A stretch of 32,000 nucleotides of DNA from Falsochrobactrum tianjinense (GTDB taxonomy: Bacteria > Pseudomonadota > Alphaproteobacteria > Rhizobiales > Rhizobiaceae): assembly GCF_019100495.1 (NCBI RefSeq), contig NZ_JAHRVA010000001.1, forward strand, positions 656,597-688,596. Direction: 5' to 3'. A model generated the notes under the pieces. It was not told the DNA's origin and searched no databases. It saw nothing but the letters and a program-made list of their open reading frames with translations. Shown here in pieces: positions 8,990 through 17,446 of this stretch (the first letter of the stretch is position 1; every line of letters begins with the position of its first letter). The translations under genes were made by a program, and so were the position numbers.

Positions 8990-9603
8990 TGATGAACCGC
9001 CGTCAGATGCTGGCTGCCACCGCAGCCGGTGCTGCGACATTTGCTCTTGCTGGCCGCGAGAGTTTTGCCCAGCGTGTTCCCTCCGTTGCGGAAGTTCTCT
9101 ATGACGCGGAAATTCCGGTCCTGGGCAATCCCAATGGCGATGTTACCATTGTCGAATATTTCGACTATCAATGCCCCTATTGTAAGCGTGGTCACGCCGA
9201 ACTGATGCGTGTTGTCAACAATGATGGCAATGTGCGTCTTGTCCTGAAAGACTGGATCATTTTCGGCGATAATTCCGCTTATGCATCAAGGCTGGTTCTG
9301 GCGGCGGAAAAATCCGGCAATTACGTAAAGGCTATGGAAGCAATGATGAAAACACCGGGACGCCTCACCAAAGAACAGATTGACACGGCGCTTGCGGGCG
9401 CGGGTCTCGATCCAAAGAAGCTAGAAGCCGATTACAAGGCAGATTCCGCACGCATCAACGGTATTCTCAGCCGGAATATGGATCAGGGTGAAGCCTTCAA
9501 TTTCGGCGGCACGCCGTCTTTCGTGATCGGCACCAGGCTTTATGGCGGTGCTTTAAAGGAAGCAGAACTCATTGAAGCGATCAAGGAAGCACGCAAGACC
9601 TGA
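8989..9603 (+). CDS. DsbA-family thioredoxin-fold thiol:disulfide oxidoreductase, active site CPYC
   Basis: YFDYQCPYCKR active site. The N-terminus MMNRRQMLAATAAGAATFALAG resembles a twin-arginine signal. The start overlaps the L,D-transpeptidase stop (TGATG). Confidence 0.85.
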   Translation: MMNRRQMLAATAAGAATFALAGRESFAQRVPSVAEVLYDAEIPVLGNPNGDVTIVEYFDYQCPYCKRGHAELMRVVNNDGNVRLVLKDWIIFGDNSAYASRLVLAAEKSGNYVKAMEAMMKTPGRLTKEQIDTALAGAGLDPKKLEADYKADSARINGILSRNMDQGEAFNFGGTPSFVIGTRLYGGALKEAELIEAIKEARKT

Positions 9604-9614
9604 TCCGGAAACAG

Positions 9615-9627
9615 AATTTGAAAGCAA
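9615..9627 (+). promoter_or_regulatory. Ada-box candidate AAT-N6-GCAA (AATTTGAAAGCAA)
   Basis: Matches the E. coli Ada regulon motif AAT(N)6GCAA. It sits 16 nt upstream of a TATATT -10-like hexamer (9644..9649) and about 65 nt upstream of the ada start. Confidence 0.35.
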
Positions 9628-9693
9628 GCAGCGGAGTGCGCGCTATATTGTGTTGAATTAGGTTTTCTTCATAGTGATATGAGGATAACGGAC

Positions 9694-10779
9694 ATGAATC
9701 TGATGACGACACATATGCACGAACTGGATGAAAGCCGCTGGCAGAAAGTGCTGGCGCGCGACCACGCATCGGATGGCGAATTCGTCTATGCGGTGCGCAC
9801 AACGGGCGTCTATTGCCGTCCGTCCTGCCCATCCCGACGCGGGAAGCGAGAAAATGTGCAGTTCTTTCAATGCGTTGAAGACGCAGAACGCGCGGGGTTC
9901 CGGCCCTGCATGCGCTGCAAGCCGGACGTGAAAGCAACGCTCGAAGCGCAGAACAATGCGCGCCATGCCGATATGGTCGCCTGCGCCTGCCGTTTTATCG
10001 AAGCCGCGCAGGAAGTACCCGCACTGGAGGAAATCGCCAGCGCCCTCAACACCAGTCCGGCGCATTTGCATCGTATTTTCAAGGGCCTGACAGGGTTGAC
10101 GCCCAAGGCTTATGCGAATGCGCATCGCGCCGATAAAATGCGCTCGGCGCTTAAAGTCCCGCAGGCAAGCGTGACGGATGCCATTTATGATGCGGGCTAT
10201 GGTTCCTCAAGCCGCTTCTATGAAGCTTCGGATAAAATTCTTGGAATGAAACCAAAGACTTATAAATCCGGTGGGCAGAATGAAACCATTCGTTTCGCCA
10301 TCGGTCAGTCGTCGCTTGGGGCGGTGCTCGTGGCGCAAAGCGATCACGGCGTCTGCGCTATTTTGATGGGCGACGAACCGGAAGAACTCATCCGCGATCT
10401 CGAAAAACGTTTTCCCAAGGCCGAACTCATCGGCGCTGACCGGGATTTCGAGGATCATATCGCGCAAGTGATTGGTTTTGTTGAGAACCCGCATATTGGC
10501 CTTGATCTGCCGCTCGATCTGCGCGGCACGGCTTTTCAGCAGCGCGTCTGGCGGGCCCTGCTCGAAATCCCGGCGGGAAGAACCTTGAGCTATAGTGAGC
10601 TTGCGCAAAGGCTTGGAGCGCCGAAATCGACCCGCGCGGTTGCCGGAGCCTGTGCCGCCAACAAGATTGCGGTCGCAGTTCCTTGCCATCGCGTGGTGCG
10701 CAATGATGGCGGTCTTTCTGGCTATCGCTGGGGGGTGGAGCGCAAGCGCAATTTGCTGGAGAGAGAACGAAAAAGCTGA
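9694..10779 (+). CDS. ada: Bifunctional Ada: methylphosphotriester-DNA methyltransferase / AraC-type activator / O6-methylguanine-DNA methyltransferase
   Basis: N-terminal Ada Zn domain (FVYAVRTTGVYCRPSCPSR...FRPCMRCKP), an AraC HTH region, and a C-terminal MGMT domain with PCHRVV. Start chosen at ATG 9694 (AGGA 8 nt upstream). The track ORF begins at 9679. Confidence 0.92.
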   Translation: MNLMTTHMHELDESRWQKVLARDHASDGEFVYAVRTTGVYCRPSCPSRRGKRENVQFFQCVEDAERAGFRPCMRCKPDVKATLEAQNNARHADMVACACRFIEAAQEVPALEEIASALNTSPAHLHRIFKGLTGLTPKAYANAHRADKMRSALKVPQASVTDAIYDAGYGSSSRFYEASDKILGMKPKTYKSGGQNETIRFAIGQSSLGAVLVAQSDHGVCAILMGDEPEELIRDLEKRFPKAELIGADRDFEDHIAQVIGFVENPHIGLDLPLDLRGTAFQQRVWRALLEIPAGRTLSYSELAQRLGAPKSTRAVAGACAANKIAVAVPCHRVVRNDGGLSGYRWGVERKRNLLERERKS

Positions 10780-10866
10780 GATTTCTGCATGCAGAATGCG
10801 CGCTTTTGCGTGCGGAAAATGCGATTTTCGCCAAACCAGGCCCGATTTTGCAAAATCGCCGCGGGC
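10780..10866 (+). repeat. Intergenic element copy B (about 85 nt), directly after the ada stop
   Basis: Shares with 15924..16003 the blocks GAG(C)ATTTC, TTTTGCGTG(C)GGAAAATGCGA (19 identities against TTTTGCGTGGGATAATGCGA) and AAA(..)CC(A/T)GGCCCG(G)ATTTT. Also contains the perfect palindromes CTGCATGCAG (10786..10795) and CGATTTTGCAAAATCG (10843..10858). Confidence 0.55.
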
Positions 10867-10943
10867 AATTGCGCAAATTTTGTGGCGGCGAGACTTTCGC
10901 GCTATAGATTTCCTCACGACTGAATCAGCAAGGAGAGGCTTCT

Positions 10944-11294
10944 ATGAGCGTGACCATCTACGGCATCAAAAATTGCGACACCATGAAAAAGGCGCGCAAC
11001 TGGCTGGATGACCACGGCATCGAATATGCCTTTCACGATTACAAAAAAGAAGGTCTAGACGCAGACACGCTCGACCGTTTTCTTGCAGGCATCGAATGGG
11101 AAAAACTACTCAACCGGGCAGGCACGACATTCCGCAAGCTGCCTGAAGAAGAGCGCCAGAATGTCGATGGAAACAAGGCGCGCGAGTTGATGCTGGCACA
11201 GCCCTCGATGGTCAAGCGTCCGGTACTCGAAAAAGACGGCGGCCTGACCGTCGGCTTCAAGCCGGATCAGTATGAGGCATTTTTCACGTCTTGA
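10944..11294 (+). CDS. yffB: ArsC/Spx-family protein, YffB-like
   Basis: [21 protein letters not shown]...[11 protein letters not shown] closely parallels E. coli YffB. A strong SD (AAGGAGAG) lies upstream. Confidence 0.88.
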   Translation: MSVTIYGIKNCDTMKKARNWLDDHGIEYAFHDYKKEGLDADTLDRFLAGIEWEKLLNRAGTTFRKLPEEERQNVDGNKARELMLAQPSMVKRPVLEKDGGLTVGFKPDQYEAFFTS

Positions 11295-11382
11295 GCGCCT
11301 GCCGCCATGCCGGAGCGCAGGATGTAATCAGGGTGAACATCCCGATCAGAAAAATTCAATTGCTGGTAGGCAGGCGAGGCGT

Positions 11383-12570
11383 ATGTTGCCAGCCATGAAC
11401 CAGACATATCGCCTTCGCAGTTCTCACCAAACCGCCTTTCAATACGCTTTTGGCGGGTTTTTCACCATGGCAGCGGCCATGGGCATCGGGCGCTTCATCT
11501 ATACGCCGAGCCTGCCTGGCATGATGGCCGATATCGGCTTCAATGCCGCTGATGCGGGCTTCATCGCTTCGGCCAATTATATCGGCTATCTGCTGGGTGC
11601 GATCGTGGCGGGCTACGGCTGGTCTGCGGGGATCGAGCGGGCAACCGTCATTGCGGGCCTCGCCGCAAGCGCGCTTCTGTGTCTCGCGATGGCTTTGTTC
11701 AACGATGTCTGGCTGTTTTCCGCAATTCGTCTTGCTGCCGGTTTTATCAGCGCAGTCACCATGATCCTGTGCACGACCATCGTTCTTGGCTATATCGCGG
11801 TGGCGGAAAGGGCAGGGCTGGGGGCATTGCATTTTGCAGGCGTAGGCAGCGGCATCGCGCTTTCCGCCGTGCTGGTCGCAGGCAGCGGCTATGTCGGATT
11901 GGGCTGGCGCGCGGACTGGATCGGATCGGCGATCCTGACCGCGCTGATTATCGTGCCGGTGGCATTGCTGGTGAAGAAGGGGCCGTTCGGCGGCAAGAAA
12001 GCTACGCGCGAGCCAAAACTGCCCAAAAGCTTTGCTTTCAATGCGCTCGCTCTGGCCTATGGAATTTTCGGTTTCGGTTATGTGATTACCGCGACTTTTC
12101 TTATTGCCATCGTCCGCTCCAGCGAGAGTGGCCCGGCGATGGAAGCCGCGGTCTGGATCGTAACGGGGCTTTGCGCCGCGCCGTCCATCTGGCTCTGGTC
12201 GCCATCGGCGCGGAAACTGGGTCTGTTCACTTCATTTGCGTTGACGGCAATTCTTGAAGCTGTTGGCGTTGCCGTAAGCGTGGTGCTGGCACCCCCGATC
12301 GGCCCTCTGGTCGGCGGCGCACTTTTGGGCGCGACCTTCATGGCCCTGACGGCTTTCGGCCTTCAGGCGGCGCGCGTGCTGGCACCGCAATCGCCCAAAC
12401 GGGCTTTGGCGCGCATGACGGTCTGTTTCAGCGTCGGCCAGATCATCGGGCCGCTGGTCGCAGGCTTTATGGCGCACTATTCCGGCTCGTTCACATTGCC
12501 AAGCCTCGTCGCCGCCTTCTCGCTGATGGTCGCAGCGCTGATCGGCCTTGCCGCAGGACGCGAACGGTAA
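11383..12570 (+). CDS. MFS transporter, YbfB/YjiJ-like family
   Basis: About 12 predicted TM helices. The N-terminal motif [25 protein letters not shown] is typical of YbfB/YjiJ-type MFS proteins. Start at ATG 11383, or alternatively 11395. The track ORF's upstream extension overlaps yffB. Confidence 0.8.
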   Translation: MLPAMNQTYRLRSSHQTAFQYAFGGFFTMAAAMGIGRFIYTPSLPGMMADIGFNAADAGFIASANYIGYLLGAIVAGYGWSAGIERATVIAGLAASALLCLAMALFNDVWLFSAIRLAAGFISAVTMILCTTIVLGYIAVAERAGLGALHFAGVGSGIALSAVLVAGSGYVGLGWRADWIGSAILTALIIVPVALLVKKGPFGGKKATREPKLPKSFAFNALALAYGIFGFGYVITATFLIAIVRSSESGPAMEAAVWIVTGLCAAPSIWLWSPSARKLGLFTSFALTAILEAVGVAVSVVLAPPIGPLVGGALLGATFMALTAFGLQAARVLAPQSPKRALARMTVCFSVGQIIGPLVAGFMAHYSGSFTLPSLVAAFSLMVAALIGLAAGRER

Positions 12571-12574
12571 TTCA

Positions 12575-13564
12575 TCAGGATCGGTGTTGCGTGGGCTCAC
12601 CTGCCTGCGGATCGATATTATTGAGATAATCGTCATATGTCGTGCATTCGACGTCCGCTTTGGTACAGACTTCTGCAACCAGCCGCTCCATGGCGCGCCA
12701 ATAAGCTCCGTCATTCATCAGCACGAAATGAAAGCCGAGCTGGAGCGGAATGCGTTTGCCCGCATATTGCTTGTCGAAGGCGGCGCGGAACGCCTTATAG
12801 GCGCGCTCCTCGAATTGCGCTGCCCTCTGCGGCGCTTCCTTGCCCTTGGAATGGCGTACATAGAGATTGTAATCCATGCCGATGATTGGCCGCTGCGATG
12901 GGCCTTCCGGAATGAGCGGCAAGCCGAAAGAGGCAAACCCGCCGGAAATGTGCGGGCGTTCCGGCCCGCTGGTGACTGCCGAAGCCTGATAACGGAATCC
13001 GCTGGCTTTCAGCGCGTTCTGCACCGGTTTTGCGCTGGCCAGATAGGGCGCGCGGAAGCCTTTGATGCCATCGCGCACAAGCACCTGCCAGCCTTCCGGT
13101 TCGCCCTCAATGCCGTTGTTCTTGTAGGCTCCGGCCGTAATACGGCGAAACTCGGCGATTTCCTTTTTCCAACTGGTGGCGGACCAATCGGAACCGTCGA
13201 AATGGCCGCAGCCATGGCTGGCGATCTCGTTGCCTTCCAGATGTGCCTGCCAGATATTGTCGAGCCGTGTGATGACCTCGCTGCGGCTCAGGGCAAAGCC
13301 GACATTGGATGATCCGGCCTTTTTGCGCGGGGGCTGATAATCGCGCCGGTCCTTTTTAGTCATCAGAAAGACGCAGGACAGGAAATAGGTGAAATGCGCG
13401 TCATATTTCTTTGCAATTTCGCGCGAGCGCGTCCACAGCGCATTATCATGTGCACCATCGAATGAAATGAGCACATATTGTGTTCTCGCCGTTTCCGCCT
13501 GAACTGGATGGGCAGTAAAAGCAAGGGCGGACGCAGTAGTAAGGATGGACGAGATAATACGCAT
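12575..13564 (-). CDS. Secreted polysaccharide deacetylase-family protein
   Basis: Signal peptide MRIISSILTTASALAFTAHPVQA. ISFDGAHD and HGCGHFDG motifs resemble the NodB-homology metal and catalytic motifs. Confidence 0.65.
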   Translation of the reverse strand: MRIISSILTTASALAFTAHPVQAETARTQYVLISFDGAHDNALWTRSREIAKKYDAHFTYFLSCVFLMTKKDRRDYQPPRKKAGSSNVGFALSRSEVITRLDNIWQAHLEGNEIASHGCGHFDGSDWSATSWKKEIAEFRRITAGAYKNNGIEGEPEGWQVLVRDGIKGFRAPYLASAKPVQNALKASGFRYQASAVTSGPERPHISGGFASFGLPLIPEGPSQRPIIGMDYNLYVRHSKGKEAPQRAAQFEERAYKAFRAAFDKQYAGKRIPLQLGFHFVLMNDGAYWRAMERLVAEVCTKADVECTTYDDYLNNIDPQAGEPTQHRS

Positions 13565-13746
13565 GGGAAATGAACGCCGGGCTGGGGAAAGATTGCTTTC
13601 TGGATCTTGAATGTGGCGAAGGTCGGACAGAAATGCATATTGTATGTTCTGTGACAGCTTATTTCACAGTCGGGACTTACATATGGCGCGAATTACGACT
13701 AAAAGCGCCAGAATAGACCTATCGAAGATCAATAGAATGGCAGGCC

Positions 13747-14418
13747 ATGGCAGACGACAGCTTCATTCGCGAGGTAAATGAGGAACTCCGTTCAGAACGA
13801 ATGAAATCGATCTGGCGGCGTTTCGGGCCGCTCTTGATCGGCGGCGCTGTCGCTCTGGTTCTCGGCACGGCGGGCATGGTCGGCTATCAGCATTGGACTG
13901 AGAGCAAGGCTTCCGCTTCGGGCGACAAGTTCCTCGCAGCGCTTGATCTGGCCGCCGCAGGCAAGAGCGATGAAGCACTGGCGGCTCTGGACGATCTGGA
14001 AAAGACCGGCTACGGCTCCTATCCGGTGCTGGCGCGCCTGCGCGCAGCCTCGGTCCTGGCCGAAAAGGGCGACGCGGCGGCAGCCGTCGCGGCCTTCGAC
14101 AACATCATTGCCGACAATAACGTGCCTTCGTCAATTCGCGCTATAGCACGCCTGCGCGCAGGTTATCTGCTGGTCGACAACGGCTCTTATGATGATGCCG
14201 CAAGCCGCGTCGAGACGCTTTCGGCAGATGGCAACCCGATGCGCGGCAGCGCGCGCGAAGTGCTCGGCCTCGCCGCATGGAAGGCGGAGCGTTTTGACGA
14301 CGCCTTCAAGCTCTTCCAGCAGATTGCCGATGACAACCTGGTGCCGGCAAATATTCGCCAACGCGCCAACACCATGCTCGATCTCATGCGCGGTGCGGGT
14401 ATTACCGCGCAAAGCTGA
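13747..14418 (+). CDS. YfgM-like membrane-anchored TPR protein
   Basis: N-terminal FIREVNEELRSERMKSIWRRFGPLLIGGAVALVLG (cytoplasmic stub plus one TM), then a TPR-like helical domain. It lies immediately upstream of der, as yfgM does in E. coli. Confidence 0.75.
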   Translation: MADDSFIREVNEELRSERMKSIWRRFGPLLIGGAVALVLGTAGMVGYQHWTESKASASGDKFLAALDLAAAGKSDEALAALDDLEKTGYGSYPVLARLRAASVLAEKGDAAAAVAAFDNIIADNNVPSSIRAIARLRAGYLLVDNGSYDDAASRVETLSADGNPMRGSAREVLGLAAWKAERFDDAFKLFQQIADDNLVPANIRQRANTMLDLMRGAGITAQS

Positions 14419-14466
14419 GATCGGTCGATCCGAATTTTGGAGTAGTTTTCGTTCCATGGGTATTCA

Positions 14467-15918
14467 ATGAGTTTCACTCTCGCCATCGTCGGGCGTCCCA
14501 ATGTCGGCAAGTCCACGCTGTTCAATCGCCTCGTCGGCCGCAAGCTGGCGCTGGTCGATGACCTGCCGGGTGTCACGCGCGACCGGCGTATCCATGACGC
14601 CAAACTTTACGACCTGAAATTCGATGTCATCGACACGGCGGGTCTCGAAGAAGCCGCCAATGACAGTCTGGAAGCACGCATGCGCGCTCAGACGGAAGCG
14701 GCCATCGCCGAAGCCGACGCCATTCTTTTCATCATCGACGCCAAGGCAGGCGTGACGCCGACAGATGCCACTTTTGCCGAACTGGTGCGTCGCTCCGGCA
14801 AGCCGGTGGTGCTGGTCGCCAACAAGGCCGAAGCACGCGGCGCGCAGAGCGGCATGTATGATGCCTTCCAGCTCGGTCTTGGCGAACCGTGTCCAATTTC
14901 CGCCGAGCACGGTCAGGGCATGCCCGATCTGCGCGACGCCCTCGTCGAACTTCTTGGCGAAGAGCGCGTCTTCGCACATGAGCGCGAAGAGGAAGAAGCC
15001 GACGCGGCTTTCGCTGCCGCCACAGTTGGCGCGCTGGTCGGCGACGACATCGAAGACCCGGATGAAGAAGTCATTCCGGCCTATGACACCACCAAGCCGC
15101 TGCGCATCGCCATTGTCGGACGCCCCAATGCGGGCAAGTCCACCATGATCAATACGATGCTGGGTGAGGACCGCCTGCTGACGGGACCGGAAGCCGGGAT
15201 CACGCGCGATTCGATTTCGGTTGACTGGGAATGGCGCGATCGCAAGATCAAGCTTTTCGATACGGCTGGCCTGCGTCGCAAGTCGCGCGTTCAGGAAAAG
15301 CTCGAAAAGCTTTCCGTCGCTGATGGCCTGCGGGCGATCCGCTTTGCCGAAGTGGTCATCATCGTGTTGGATGCGACGATTCCCTTCGAGAAGCAGGATT
15401 TGCAGATCGCCGATCTCATCATCCGCGAGGGCCGCGCGCCGGTCATCGCGTTTAACAAATGGGATCTGATCGAGGATCGCCAGATGGTGCTGGCCGATCT
15501 TTACGAAAAGACCACCCGGCTGCTGCCGCAGGTGCGCGGCCTGCGCGCCGTGCCGATCTCCGGCGAGCGCGGGCAGGGTCTCGACAAGCTCATGGAAAAT
15601 GTGATCGCGACCCACGAGATCTGGAACCGCCGCATTTCCACCGGACGCCTCAATCGTTGGCTGGAAGGCGTTATCGCCCATCAGCCGCCGCCGGCGGTTT
15701 CGGGTCGCCGCCTGAAAGTAAAATATATGACGCAGGTCAAGACCCGCCCGCCGGGCTTCGTGGTTTCCTGCTCGCGCCCCGATGCGATGCCGCAATCCTA
15801 TGTGCGCTATCTCATCAATGGCTTGCGCGAAACCTTCGATATGCCGGGCGTGCCGATAAGGCTTAGCTTGCGTACTTCCGAAAACCCCTTTGCGGGTCGC
15901 GCCAAAAAGAAGCGGTGA
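14467..15918 (+). CDS. der: Ribosome-biogenesis GTPase Der (EngA)
   Basis: Two tandem GTPase domains (GRPNVGKST / DTAG / NKAE and GRPNAGKST / DTAG / NKWD) plus a C-terminal KH-like domain. Confidence 0.96.
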   Translation: MSFTLAIVGRPNVGKSTLFNRLVGRKLALVDDLPGVTRDRRIHDAKLYDLKFDVIDTAGLEEAANDSLEARMRAQTEAAIAEADAILFIIDAKAGVTPTDATFAELVRRSGKPVVLVANKAEARGAQSGMYDAFQLGLGEPCPISAEHGQGMPDLRDALVELLGEERVFAHEREEEEADAAFAAATVGALVGDDIEDPDEEVIPAYDTTKPLRIAIVGRPNAGKSTMINTMLGEDRLLTGPEAGITRDSISVDWEWRDRKIKLFDTAGLRRKSRVQEKLEKLSVADGLRAIRFAEVVIIVLDATIPFEKQDLQIADLIIREGRAPVIAFNKWDLIEDRQMVLADLYEKTTRLLPQVRGLRAVPISGERGQGLDKLMENVIATHEIWNRRISTGRLNRWLEGVIAHQPPPAVSGRRLKVKYMTQVKTRPPGFVVSCSRPDAMPQSYVRYLINGLRETFDMPGVPIRLSLRTSENPFAGRAKKKR

Positions 15919-15923
15919 AAATA

Positions 15924-16003
15924 GAGCATTTCCAGCAAAAGTGTGAAACGGTTTTGCGTGGGATAATGCGACAAAGCAAATACCTGGCCCGGATTTTCCG
16001 GGC
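15924..16003 (+). repeat. Intergenic element copy A, directly after the der stop
   Basis: See copy B (10780..10866). Same orientation and same position relative to a stop codon. Its 3' part forms the der terminator hairpin. Confidence 0.55.
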
Positions 16004-16011
16004 TTTTTCTT
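15986..16011 (+). terminator. Rho-independent terminator of der
   Basis: GCCCGG-ATTTT-CCGGGC hairpin (15987..16003) followed by TTTTTCTT. Confidence 0.75.
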
Positions 16012-16040
16012 GCGCATCAATATGCAGGAAGTATCTTGTA

Positions 16041-16055
16041 TTAATCAAAAATTAA
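16041..16055. promoter_or_regulatory. CtrA-type box TTAA-N7-TTAA (TTAATCAAAAATTAA)
   Basis: Exact half-site spacing of the alphaproteobacterial CtrA motif. It is also a direct repeat, TTAATCAA-N3-TTAATCAA. It lies about 100 nt upstream of the SleB-domain hydrolase gene, in an AT-rich intergenic region. Confidence 0.4.
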
Positions 16056-16156
16056 TCAATGTTTTCAAATAGTAAACAATACTCTGTTAACCAGTCATCA
16101 AGGTTAATACTCCATTATCGAGACAGTGAGTAAGCTAGTTTCGAGTGGAGTTTCCG

Positions 16157-17446
16157 GTGCACCTTGTATCGATACGAGGGCTGTTTGGCCGATCAAAAGC
16201 GGTTGCCGAGCCGGTATGGCATTATCCTGTCACAGGCTATTGCCCGCAGGATGGTCGCTATTATGCCGTGCGGGCAAAGCCGCGCCAGTTGCGCCGCAAG
16301 TATCGGCTTGCGCCCCTGCTGATTGCGTCCATTGCCTGGATTTCCAATTCCGGCACCGTTGCTTTGCAAGATATGGCAAGCCTTGTTCCCAGCGCTAATA
16401 TTGCCGGTCATCGCTGGACGGCCTTCATCGCAAAAGCCCCGGTTGGCTCCGTGCATCAGGCGGAAATGCCTTTCGTCGATGCGACGACTGTCACGGGCAG
16501 TATCGCCACCTCTGGCATCGAAGTTCCGGGTATCGGTCGCGTAGCGCTTTCGGGCGAAAGAAAGAGCGCAAAATTGGGTGTCAACGATCCCAATCCCGAC
16601 GAGAACCGCATCAATCGTTCCGACAAGACCAGCCGTATCGTTTCGGTGAAGCCCAAGGCCCCGGCGCGCGCTTTCAGCGCGGGCAGCATGTTTGAGAAAA
16701 TCAGCATGATCACCCATCCACAGGAAAAAACCGATGTGCTGATGGCCTTCACCAATTCCGACATCGAGGGCAAGGAAGTTCAGATCGCCATGGCCTTCCA
16801 TGCGATCAGGCGGCCCAAGCCCAAGGCGGAACTCCCGGTGCAGCTGGCGAAACTGGTCAATAATCCTGAGCCCGATATTCTGGCGCTCGGCTATGCGCCT
16901 GCAAAGCCTGATTATGGCAAGACTTCGCCATTCGAGGCCATCCTCGAACCAGAAGCTGATGCGGGCCGTTTTGTGCCGCCCATCAGCGAGGAGGATCACG
17001 CCTGGGCCGCGACGCCGCTGCCGGCGGATTCGTTTGGCAAAAAAGAACAGAAATGCCTGGCCGAGGCGGTCTATTATGAAGCGCGCGGCGAGAGCGTCAA
17101 GGGGCAGGTTGCGGTGGCGCAGGTGGTGCTCAACCGTGTGCGTAACCCCGCTTATCCCGGCACGATTTGCGGCGTGGTTTATCAGAATCGTAGCTGGCTC
17201 AATGCTTGCCAGTTTTCATTTGCCTGCGACGGACAGAAGCATCGCATCACCGAACGGCCGCAATGGCGCATGGCGCAGCAGGTTGCAAAAACCGTGACCG
17301 CTGGTCGGATATGGCTACCGGAAGTTGGCTCTGCCACGCATTACCACGCCACCTATGTCCGCCCCTTCTGGGCGCCAACCATGAAGAAACTGACCAAGAT
17401 CGGCCTTCATGTATTTTACCGTACCTATGGCGGGGGCTGGAGCTGA
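16157..17446 (+). CDS. Cell-wall hydrolase with a C-terminal SleB (Hydrolase_2) domain
   Basis: C-terminal CLAEAVYYEARGES...VAQVVLNRVRNPAYPGTICGVVYQ...CQFSFACDG is a SleB-type domain. An N-terminal signal-anchor (RRKYRLAPLLIASIAWI) is followed by about 230 aa of unassigned sequence. Start chosen at GTG 16157 (GGAG 6 nt upstream). The track start is 16145. Confidence 0.85.
   Translation: MHLVSIRGLFGRSKAVAEPVWHYPVTGYCPQDGRYYAVRAKPRQLRRKYRLAPLLIASIAWISNSGTVALQDMASLVPSANIAGHRWTAFIAKAPVGSVHQAEMPFVDATTVTGSIATSGIEVPGIGRVALSGERKSAKLGVNDPNPDENRINRSDKTSRIVSVKPKAPARAFSAGSMFEKISMITHPQEKTDVLMAFTNSDIEGKEVQIAMAFHAIRRPKPKAELPVQLAKLVNNPEPDILALGYAPAKPDYGKTSPFEAILEPEADAGRFVPPISEEDHAWAATPLPADSFGKKEQKCLAEAVYYEARGESVKGQVAVAQVVLNRVRNPAYPGTICGVVYQNRSWLNACQFSFACDGQKHRITERPQWRMAQQVAKTVTAGRIWLPEVGSATHYHATYVRPFWAPTMKKLTKIGLHVFYRTYGGGWS

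Noticed and set aside
13649-13669. CTGTGA-N9-TCACAG inverted repeat in the deacetylase / yfgM-like divergent region, considered as a CRP/FNR-family site.
   Set aside because: CRP-type sites need TGTGA-N6-TCACA, and here the spacer is 9 nt. The 6-bp arms alone are weak evidence. It is kept only as an unexplained palindrome.
14464-16020. A 518-aa ORF on the minus strand covering the whole of der.
   Set aside because: Der on the plus strand has two complete GTPase domains. The antisense translation has no motifs, and its N-terminus runs through the intergenic repeat and terminator. It is a mirror-frame artefact.
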